NCBI GenBank assembly: GCA_002104945.1
Contig: MCFH01000003.1
Location: 992,001 to 1,056,000, forward strand
Direction of reading: 5' to 3'
Source: Piromyces finnis finn
Lineage: Eukaryota > Fungi > Neocallimastigomycota
DNA: 64,000 nucleotides
Shown here: piece after piece, positions 52,896-64,000 of the stretch
Numbering within the stretch: the stretch's first letter is position 1
How the letters are laid out: the number at the start of each line of letters is the position of its first letter
Position numbers and translations under genes: made by a program
The notes under the pieces: generated by a model
What the model saw: the letters and a program-made list of their open reading frames with translations, nothing else
Databases searched by the model: none
Told to the model about the DNA's origin: nothing

Positions 52896-54923
52896 ATAAA
52901 TAAATTATTAAAAATAATTAGTTTAATTGTGTTAGTTTAGTGTTGTATACAAACCTGAACTTTAGTTTATTTTACATGGTTACTGTAAAATATTGTATTA
53001 GTTAAATAATGTATTTAATACGTATGTAGATTAATGTATAATGTATTGAATTAATGTACCGTAAATTTTACAAAATATTTACATCACAATACATTAACAT
53101 AAATTTATGTAAAATTTAACTTATTGATAAGATAAAGTTTTTGATGATAAAATAGAATTTAAATTAAATAATTTTTAACCAATAAACATTTTAGATAATA
53201 AAAATTTTTTTATAAACTAAGCCTCAAAATTAGAAATATAATCAACCTGTAAAGATATCAAACGCCTCAACTTGATATCTTTAATGTAACTTAAGCCATA
53301 AGTATTATTGTTTAAGTTACACAAATTATATTCAGAAAAAGAAAATGAGACATAATTTATTTATTAATAATTAAAGTTTAAAACAAAATAAATTATTAAT
53401 TTATTTTTAATGTTTAACAAGTAAATTAAAATTCTCAATTTAAATCCCTAGTTTTAGTATTGTTTTTTCATAGAAATAGATAAATAATATATAAATAATA
53501 AATGGTTAATATATCAATAATACATGGGCATATATTCAAATTGAATAGTACTTAATTTGAATTGCCAATTGTATTTTACTAAAAATAGTTATTGTAAAGA
53601 TATAAGATATATCTTTAGATTATTTAATAATTAATTATTAATTATTAAATAATAAATTAATATTTAGTAAAACTTATTATAAAATTTTTGAATAAATTTT
53701 ATGGAATAATTTAATAATAAATTGTTTTATAATAATTCCGTTAAAATTAAATTAAGATAAATATTTAAATTTAAGGAATAAAAGAATTTTAATTAAATTT
53801 AAATATTTCAAATATTTAAAATAATTAAAATATTTTTTAAATACTTTTTATTTAATTTTAGAATAGATTATACTTTTTTATTTAAATTTAGAATAGTTTA
53901 ATAATTTTAACTTAGTTTTAAAAATAGACTTATTTATATTTCAATAGGAAATATATTAAGAATAGTATTGATAATATTAAATTAATTTATAGAAAATACA
54001 TGGGCTTTATTCAATTTTGAGTTTACTCAAATTGAATTAAAAGTATAATGAATTAGTTTAGTTTAGTTCTGTTATTTTATTATTTAATTAAATTAGTTTT
54101 GTTTATTTTATATTAAATATATGTTTATTTAAATAGAATAATATATTAGAATATAATTATGAAAAAATATAAATACATGTATTTTTTGTTTATTAAATCG
54201 ATGTAATTGTTATTTTCAATTTTTTAATTATTAACTATTATATATAGTTAATAATATTTTTAAGAGTTTAAATAAAAATGTTTTTTTTTTTAAAATAAAA
54301 ATTTAATGTTTTATTTTTTTTTTATTTTTTGTGTTAATAAAAATTGTTTTGTTTTAAGTATAAAATCTGTTTTAAATTTTATACTTTTACAGTTATAGTT
54401 TAAATATTTATTAATAATTAAGATTTTAGTGTAGATTTTAAATAATAATATATAAGAAATAAATAGTTATAATATATTATAAATGTATTTAGGAAAAATA
54501 TAAATAGAAGATATTTTTCATCATTTTATCGATGTAATTGTTATTAATAAAATTTCTATTATAATAAAAGATATTTTTTAATAAAACAATTTTTATTTTT
54601 ATTTTAAATTTAGTGTTATTGTAATAGAATAGATATCCTAATCTATTCTTTTAGTGTCAACATTACAATAGCAATTACCCAACGAAATTCAAGAATACGT
54701 TAGGGTATCTACCGCCGAAGGACAAGAAATTGAAGAAAGTAAACTATTAATATCTCCAAGAACCTATTAATACAAAACTTGTTCGACACTGCTTTTGCAG
54801 AACGCGTCTGAATAACTTTTGTATTATTTGATATACTAAAATTATCTTTTGTAAATAATTAAAAAAAAAAAAATTTACTTACTTGAAATAGTAGTAAGAA
54901 AACATCTTATTTATTTTAGTAAG

Positions 54924-57900
54924 TTGGAGGGTTTAATTAGTGAGTTTGAAAATTTGAATTTAGAAATGAGTGATAGGACTGTGGGTGTTTCCGGGAATTC
55001 GGGGAACATTATTAATGCTCCACCGATATTTTCTGGTAAACAAAGAGAATTGGATGGATTTTTAACCAGAGTTGAGTTGGTATTTCGTACTCGACCGACA
55101 CTGTATAATACAGATCGAGTCAAGGTCGACTTCGTTATATCATACTTCTCTGGTAAACCTTTGGAATGGGCTTCAGTGTTGATGAAGAATAATAGTGGAG
55201 TTTTAAATCATTATGATGAATTTGTAGATAGGTTGAAGGCTAATTTTGGCAGTTATAGATACGATACCGTTGTAGCTAACGGTAAATTAGATAATCTTCG
55301 CCAAAGGAAACTTGGTCAGGTATTAGATTACATTACCGAGTTTCAACGTATTAGCCAAAATTCAAGCTTTAATGATAGCGCAAAAATCTACATGTTTCTG
55401 AAAGGTTTATTACCACCACTTAGGGAGAAGTTGGCTTTCATTGAATCAAACCCAACTTCAATTGAACAATTGATTTCTTCAACTATTTTAGTTGAAGATA
55501 TGATGAAAAGGAATTCTCTAAGTGAATTTTATTTTAACGGTAGCAGGGCTAACGATCCTATGGATGTGGATGTATTTAGAATTAGTAGAGAAAATAAACG
55601 CAAAAGGTATGTGAATATCCAAGGATCAAGTAAAAATTACAATGAAAACATAGACAATTTTGAAGAAGAAAAGAAAAAGGGGTTATGTTTTCTTTGTAAA
55701 CAGCCAGGACATTTAAAGTTTAATTGTCCTAATAGAGTAAAGCCCAGAAAAGTGTTAAGAATTGTTAAAGAAAGGACTCCAAAAATTGTTAATCCAAAAA
55801 TTTACAAAGTTGGAGTCAAGGCAGTGAAAAGTTATTTAAACCTTGTGGACTTTTACCTGAGTACCAATGAAGTTTCGGAAGTTAAAATTAAGGTTTTAAT
55901 TGATTCCGGTTCTGAATTAAATTTCATTAATCCAAGTCTTGCTGAAGACCTTGGTATTAATTTGGAAAAAGTGGAACCATTCTGTGTATCTGGTGTTAGT
56001 GATGGAGTTGTTAGTGTTTGGGAAAGGACTGAGAAGTGCATGCTCCGTTGCAAAAATCACTTCGAAGTAATTCAACTTTATGGATTACAAGTTCCCGGTG
56101 TTGATGTTATTCTTGTTTGCCGTGGATAAAGAAGCATAATCCAAATGCTTTCTACGACTCTAAGAAAATCGCTTTTAGTTCTGGTTATTGTGCCAGACAT
56201 TGTAATAAAGGCAAAAGAAAGAGAAAACCAAGAAAGAAGTCAAAGAATGATCAGTTAGATCATGATGTTCTCGACCGAAGCTTGACCAAAAAGCCGAAAG
56301 TAGATCCCTCTGTCCCAAACAATGAAGAAAAAGAATATGTTAAAGGCCGCCTTGTTAGAACCATCAATGATGAAGATGATAGTGATGATGAATATATTAG
56401 TTTTAATAAAAAAGTCAAATGTATTGTAACAAAAATTAATGAAACATGTAATAATGATAATGAATCATGTAGTAATAATAATAATGGAAAAGATATTAAT
56501 AAAGATAAATTGGTCGCCGTACCAACCCAATATTTAGAATTTAGTGAAGTGTTTAAAGAAAAAAATTGTGAAGTGTTACCTCCTCATAGACCTTATGATT
56601 GTGAAATCAAGCTTAAGGATGATTCAACTTTATTTTATGGACCTTTGTATCCATTAACTGAAGTTGAAAGAGAGGAACTTAAAAAATATATTGATGATAA
56701 TTTAAATAAAGGTTTTATTAGGAAATCATCGTCTCCTGCTGGTGCCCCAATTTTATTTGTTAAAAAGAAGGATGGCTCCCTAAGACTTTGTATCGATTAT
56801 AGAAAGTTGAATGATATTACAATTCGTAATTCATATCCTTTACCTTTAATTAGTGACCTTTTGGATAGGGTGAAAAATGCTAAGATTTTTACTAAATTAG
56901 ACCTTAAATCCGCTTATAATCTTGTTCGTATTAAAGAAGGTGATGAATATAAAACGGCTTTTCGTACTAGATATGGACATTTTGAATATCTGGTTATGCC
57001 TTTTGGATTAAAGAATGCACCTGCAACTTTTCAACACTTCATTAACGATGTTCTTAGTGACTATTTAGACGATTTTGTTATCTCATATATTGATGATATT
57101 CTTATTTATTCTAATAATATCGAAGAACACCATGAACATGTTAAAAAGGTACTTAAGAAACTACTTGAAAATAACCTCTATGTTAAATTAGAAAAATGCG
57201 AGTTTGATGTTGAGAAAACCACTTTTCTTGGATATGTCATTTCAAAAGATGGGTTGCAAATGGACGAAAATAAAGTTAAAGCAATTCTCGATTGGCCGGT
57301 TCCCAAGAATGTTAAAGAGGTTCAGTCTTTTATTGGTTTATGCAACTATTACAGAATTTTTATTAAAGACTTTGCTAAAATTGCAAACCCTCTTCACAAA
57401 CTCACTAGAAAGAATGTTGCTTTTAACTGGGTGAAAGAAGATCAGGACGCTTTTATTTTATTAAAATCTCTGTTCACGTCAGCTCCTATTCTGAAACATG
57501 CGGATAGTAATAAACAATTTATTGTAGAAACTGATGCTAGTAATTATGCTGTCGGTGCTATTCTCTCTCAAGAATTTGATGGCAAATTACATCCTATTGC
57601 ATTTCTTTCTAAAAGTTTGACGAGTTGTCAAAGAAACTATCCTATATATGACAAGGAACTTTTAGCTATTATAGTTGCTCTTGAAGAATGGCGTCATTAT
57701 TTAGAAGGTGCACGCCATCCGTTCATAATTTATACTGATCACAAGAATTTAACATTTCCTAGAAAACCTGAAATGTTATCTCAGAGACAAATTAGATGGA
57801 ATTTATTCTTATCCAGATTTGATTTTAAACTCATTTATAGAGCTGGAAAGAAATCTGGTAAGCCTGATATTCTGTCTCGTAGAAGTGATAATTTGGTGAA

Positions 57901-58278
57901 TGATTTTGATTCTGATGTTTCTTGTCTTACTATTTCGCTTCATCATAGCGATAACAAACCGTTAATCGATTCTATATTATTAGAACTTAAAAATGATGAT
58001 TTGTATAATTCCATTGTCCAATTTAAAATGAATGGTTCTGCAAGTAATGCACCTATTAAAAATATTGATAAAGTTATCATTGATAATGAAGGGTTTTTGT
58101 TATATAATAATCTTATTTATGTTCCTAAATCTCTTAGGACAAGAGTTTTGGAACTACATCATGATTCTGTTGCTGCTGGTCATTTCGGCATTAAGAAAAC
58201 CATTGAACTGATTTCCAGAAACTTTTGGTGGCCAAGATTTCATTCAGATGTTAAATCTTTTATCAAATCTTGCGTGAC
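54924..58278 (+). mobile_element. gag-pol: Ty3/gypsy element, one frameshift near 56110, integrase cut by an LTR at 58279
   Basis: Gag APPIFSGKQRELDGFL; CFLCKQPGHLKFNC; LIDSG; YIDD; VETDAS; HDSVAAGHFG. Same lineage as 12171-15613. Confidence 0.93.
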
Positions 58279-60050
58279 TGTAAAGATATAAAGTATATCT
58301 TTAAATTATTTAATAATTAATTAATAATTATTGAATAATAATTTTGATATTTTAATGAAAAAAATTGTTTATAAAATTTATTGTATAAATTTTATGGAAT
58401 AATTAAATAAATATTAATTTTAAAATATCAAAGTTAGAAATGAAATTTGGATAAATATTTAAATTAATGGATAATTAAATTTAAATATTTTAAATATTCA
58501 AATTAAATCTTAAAAAGTTTTTATTTAATTAAAATTAGTTTAATAACTTTAGCGTAGTTTTAAATTAGCATTTTTAATTATAAATATATAATAAATAGTA
58601 TTAATATTTAATTAATATATAGGTAATACATGGACTGTATTCAATTTGCAGTTTACTCAAATTGAATCAAAAGTGTATTTAATTAGTTTTAGTTTAGTTT
58701 TATTATTTTATTATTTAATTAAATTAGTATTAAATTAGTTTTGTTTATTTTATATTGAATATATGTATAATTAAATAGAATAGTATATTAAAATATAATT
58801 TACAAAAAATATAAATACATGTAGAAATTTCTTAATTAAAACGATGTAATTGTTATTGACTATTATTTAGTTATTAACTAAATAAAATTAATAAAAGAGA
58901 TATTTTAAATAATTTATTTTCTTGTTTCTTTTTATTTATTTTGTGTTTTGTGTTTTATTGTAAAAGTTTATAATCTGTTTTAAATTTATAAAACTTTTAC
59001 AAATATTATTATTCTTATTATTAGCAGGATTTACAGAATTTTATTATTAATAATAGCTTTATTAGGAGTTTTACAGCTATTATCAATATTCAAACCTGGA
59101 GAAGGGTAAATATAATTATTTTCATTTTTAGTATTTGAAATTTTAATATTTTTCTTTTCGAAATTGCAATTGTCATTTGCAATTTCTTCTAAAACTTTAA
59201 GAATGTCTTCAGTAAATTTATTTTTATTAAACTTTGAATTTGAATTAATATTATTGTTTTTCTTATTTTGAGTGTCTTTTTCTAAATTACCGTGTAAATT
59301 ACTTTTAAATTACAATTTAAATTAATATTTATTGAACTATTATCTTTTGGTTTTGAATATCTTAGAATTCGTATTGATTCTAATATTAGTTTCTTCCCTT
59401 TCATTATATTTTAAATTTTCATTGACCTGATCTCCATAGCACTAATATTATCTTCTTCTACTACTTCTTCTTTTACTTCTTCTATATTATTTTTAAATTG
59501 AATATTTTCATTATTCTTGGAAGTGGTCCTTTCTGTATAATTATTTTCATTATTTATATTTAAATTTGTATCCGTAGTGTTGTTTTTGCTGTCAACAACT
59601 TTCTCTTTTATATTTTCTGTGTTCTTGTTGTTATTTATTGATTCTGAGGGATCCCTTTTATCGTAATTTTTAATGTTATATGAATCGGTGAAGGAGAAAT
59701 ACGGATCATTTATATTTTTACTTTTATAAGTCTAATGTGCCGGCTTATCTTCACAGCATTCAATTTCTCTTGAATAGTGGATTTTTAGTTTCTTATCATA
59801 TATCTCCATGACGATATATGAGTGATGTACTTCACTGAATCCAAGAAAGATTCCTTTCTTTGAATTTGGTGCGAATTTTGACTTTTTTAATGAGTAATCC
59901 TTATAGTAACATATACATCCAAATACTTTTAAGTATTTTAGATCGGCTTCCTCGTTGGTAAACACTTCGTCAGGAATTAAATTATTGTTTCCTTGATGTG
60001 GTATTTTGTTGTAAATATAACAAGAATATTTAACAGCAAAACGCAAAAAG

Positions 60051-60684
60051 TGTAAAGATATCAACGCCAAACATGATATCTTTAATGTAACTTAAGCCAC
60101 AAGTATTATTGTTTAAGTTACACAAATTATGTTACAGAAAAAGAAAATGAGACATAATATATTTATTAATAATTAAAGTTTAAAACAAAATAAATTATTA
60201 ATTTATTTTTAATGTTTAACAAGTAAATTAAAATTCTCAATTTAAATCCCTAGTTTTAGTATTGTTTTTTTTTATAGAAATAGATAAATAATATATAAAT
60301 AATAAATGGTTAATATATCAATAATACATGGGCACATATTCAAATTGAATAGTACTTAATTTGAATTGCCAATTGTATTTTACTAAAAATAGTTATAGTT
60401 TAAATATTTATTAATAATTAAGATTTTAGTGTAGATTTTAAATAATAATATATAAGAAATAAATAGTTATAATATATTATAAATGTATTTAGGAAAAATA
60501 TAAATAGAAGATATTTTTCATCATTTTATCGATGTAATTGTTATTATTTTTATTCTTCTTAAATAAAATAAATTTTTAATAAAAAAAAAAAAAAAGAAAA
60601 AAAAATTTCTTTTTAAGAAAATCTTAATATTTTGTAGTTAGTGTTATTGTAAAAGTAACCTATTTTATATTCCAATACTTTACA
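60051..60684 (+). mobile_element. Family B element inserted in the copia integrase
   Basis: TGTAAAG...CTTTACA termini with an AAAAG/AAAAG TSD. Removal restores ..LSEDFLRFAVKY.. in frame. Confidence 0.9.
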
Positions 60685-63001
60685 AAAAGTCTTCAGATAA
60701 TTTAGCCCAATATAAAAGTGTTTTAGCAGAATTTTGAATAGTTTGGTTTATTCTTTCTGCTTTTCCATTTAATTCATGTATGTAAGGAGGTGAGTTTATC
60801 TTCGATATACCATTTTCCTTACAATATTTAATAACTTTGCTGCAGTTATACTCTTTTGCACCATCAATCTTAAAAGTTTTGACTTTATATTTGCAAAAAG
60901 TATTATTGACATTCTTTAGGAATTCAATAATGATGTCCGGTGTCTCAGATCTTGATTTAAGAGTATAAATGCAAAGTTTTCTTGAATATTCATTCAGCAT
61001 AGTCATAAAATATTTCTTATTGTTTACGGATGAATTAAACGGGCCTGAAATATCGGAGTGAATAGTCTCTAGAACTCTTCCAGCTTTAGGAACGGTCTTG
61101 TTGTGGGGAGACTTCTTCATTTTTGATATTTTGCAGTCTAGGCAAGGTGTTACTTTAATTTTGTGCTGTTTATGTATTTCTTCAGATCCTTTTGATAGAA
61201 ATGGCCTAATCTTTTATGCCATATGCCTAAATCATTTTCAAAGTCTGCAATTAATGGTTCATTTTTGTTTTTATTAATATTTATGAGTTTAATTTTGAAT
61301 TGGTTTAATTCATTTGAATATGTTTGCATTATACCTTGATTTTCAGAGTCCTTGAAAATAAGTCTGACTTTTCCATCGTCAGTAATATCTATAATGCTTC
61401 TTAAACCAACTTTAGCAAGTCCTATACCACTAATTAAATTCTTGCTAACTTTATCGGAATACAAAACTTTTTCTAATTTGTAAGTTTTGTTTTTTAACTT
61501 AAACTCATATGAACCATAACCACTAAATTCACAGGTAGTTCCATTTGCACATCTAAGTTGAATGTGCTCTTCTGTGAAATTCTGCAAAATATCCTTATTA
61601 TTAATGATATGTTCGGCGGCACCAGTATCACAGAACCATTCGTCGTATTTATTTTCTCCATACACATAATCTATATTCTTTGCATTAGGAGTGTCTTCTT
61701 TTGTAGCTTCATCTTTTTCAATAAGGTAGATGCTTCTTTCCGTTAAAAACCTAATATCTTCAAATTCTACGTTAATGCTGTTAATGCCGTAACTTTCGTT
61801 GTCGTCGTAGTTTTCGACGAAATCTACTTCTTGTTCGAACTTCTTTTGTTGTTTTTTCTTGTGAACTTGCCTCCCTTGTTGTGAATTTCTTTTAGATATG
61901 TTTTGGTTATAGGCCTTATTATTATTGTTTCTTCTTTGTTCTCTTTCCATTTTGGCCTTTTGATTATATTCACACATTTCGGTGGAGTGTCCATGTTCAC
62001 AGCAAATATGACAGTATGTACGGTGGCTTCTGTTTATATTTCTTCTACTACCGTAGTTTTTGTTCTTTGTTTATTTGTTTTCTTTACTAACAAAATCAAC
62101 ATCCATTGGATCATCAACTTCGTCATCTTCATCTTGGTCGTTGTTGGTCCAATCTTCAAAGTTGGATTTGGCATTGATGTAACTTTTGACCTTCTCATAG
62201 AGCTGATCAGAAATTTCATCTAAAGTTACGTTCAATTGGTTCTTGACACTTCGTGGAAGAGAATTGTACATATATTTCAATTTTTCCCTTTCACTTAAAG
62301 ACATTCTTTATTCAGACATCACAAGGAAGATTTCCTTGATTTTATCAATGGTTTTACTGACCTTGCTTACATCTTCAGTATGTAATTTTCTTAACTTCTT
62401 TAGCCAGTATTCGATGTCTTCATTTGCGTTACCATATTTTGTATTCAACTTCTTGAATACTTGGTAACAGCTAGTACTATGACCAATCTCTCTGAGGATC
62501 TTCTCATCCACATTTTGAATGATCATAAGGTGTACATCAGCATTTAGACTTTCAGCTGCTGATATTATCTCGGCCTTATAAATAAGCAAGTTTGCCAATT
62601 TATCGGCGGCTACAACATTAATATTATTAAAGTTACTGCTTGGACTGACATCCTCCCCCATAGCTTTAGTAAGGGTTTTGTAAACGGACGCGAGGATGTT
62701 ATTAGTACGGTAGTTAGCAATAATTTTTACAATAGCCATAGTGTAAACATCTTTAAGATTAAAGTCTATCTCAAAGCTGTCGTCTTTGATGGTTCCAACA
62801 ATGTCATAATCAAGATAGCTAATTAGACCCTGTCTAGAAGCAGCTGACTTGATTAAAAGACTCCAAGTGTCAAAGTTGGATTTTCCATGAAGACGTTGGT
62901 CATTGGCTAAAATTAATTGCTGGGATATACTAAAAATTTTAATCACACAAAAATTTTTGTTTTGAAATTTTCTTAAGAAATTTTTATTATTGATTAGAGT
63001 T

Positions 63002-63015
63002 TGAGACTCTTAATC
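63002..63015 (-). promoter_or_regulatory. Copia PBS complementary to the tRNA-Lys(CUU) anticodon arm
   Basis: The minus strand reads ...TTTCACA|GATTAAGAGTCTCA. Confidence 0.8.
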
Positions 63016-64000
63016 TGTGAAATAAATTTAATTAATAAATAATTTTATTAATAAGGTTAACAAAGAGAAAAAGTTACATTGTAAACATTACAGTTATATA
63101 ATAAGATGTAAGGTCGTATGACCATAGAAAATAAAATAAAATAAATAAAAAATAACTATCTCTACAACACGTAGACATTACGTTTACAACACTTTTAATA
63201 CATTTATGTTTTTATAAATTAGTCACGTGTCATGAATATATGATATAGATAAATGATATAAGTTTCTTTTATGTTGTAGTAATTTAATATTAGTTTATTT
63301 ATAATTTATTATATTAGGTGAAAAATATTTTATTACTATTAACTTCTCTCTTATTAATAATTTCACTTATAATATTTTCTTATTAATTATTAAAGCTCTT
63401 CTCTTTCTAATTATTAATTATTTTTACATGAATATTTTTATATTATAAAATTCCTATAATATAATTGAATATCAACTATATAATGTAATGTATTCATAAT
63501 ATATGAATAATAATTAAATAGGATATAGTATAATATCTTTTACATTTTATATGAAATATTACTATATAAGGAAAGGTAATGTAATACAAATAAGTATTAC
63601 AATAAAATTAATACTAATATATAATATTAATATTTAAGAATATAATGAAATATGTACATGAATTCTATAACTAATATATAAATAATGTATTATAATATAT
63701 ATCAATTATTATATTATTATTATGAAATATTATATATAAATTTTTATAGATGAAATTGAATATTTTAAATAATAAAAATTATTTTAAATATTGGCTAATA
63801 TGTAGCTAGACATATTAATTTCATATCAGAAACTTCCCTGCTAGAATTGAGCTATAATTATTAATTATTTGATATAATTAAAATAATTATATGCGAAATA
63901 ATTTAATAAAATTTATATTGAAATATTTTTATAATTATATAAAAAAAAATTAAAAATTTTTATAAAAATTTTTATATTTAAAATTTTTTTTTTTTTTGTT

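Larger units (their letters stand above)
59002..63190 (-). mobile_element. Decayed Ty1/copia element (gag, CCHC, protease, integrase; RT/RNase H missing)
   Basis: CHICCEHGHSTEMC; WFCDTGA; IWHKRLGH; IHSDISGP..NGKAERIN; LKVFGC. PBS at 63002-63015 and 5' LTR from 63016. Outer limits approximate. Confidence 0.88.

Noticed and set aside
54668-54830. Possible extra Gag fragment of the integrase-less lineage
   Set aside because: The segment is short and frameshifted, with only faint resemblance by eye, so it cannot be supported without alignment.
3119-60689. Sequence-specific target site for the LTR elements
   Set aside because: The observed TSDs differ (ATTAT, GTATT, GTTAT, ACTCC, CCACC, AAAAG) and there are too few to support a consensus.

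Overview
Very AT-rich eukaryotic DNA with no intact host protein gene. The composition and the ricin-type lectin and ankyrin fragments suggest an anaerobic gut fungus (Neocallimastigomycota); this is inference. The window is a nested LTR-retrotransposon graveyard. It holds one young, intact chromodomain Ty3/gypsy element (18867-24704; 521-bp LTRs, CCACC target-site duplication (TSD), 1411-aa Gag-Pol), three decayed Ty3/gypsy elements, two decayed Ty1/copia elements plus a third copia 5' end, many solo LTRs with 5-bp TSDs, and one intact tRNA-Gly(UCC). Four observations stand out. (1) A divergent protease-RT-RNase H lineage, present in three pieces, has a conserved insertion of about 75 aa in RNase H and a coiled-coil tail where integrase should be, and appears to be arranged head-to-tail. 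(2) A relic resembling the D6/D11-type SF2 helicases of large DNA viruses or linear plasmids rejoins in frame across the chromovirus insertion. (3) Three copia primer-binding sites are complementary to the anticodon arm of tRNA-Lys(CUU), implying half-tRNA priming. (4) The intact chromovirus shows a Tf1-style self-priming signature. No searches were run; family calls rest on motifs read by eye, and the ORF track uses non-ATG starts.
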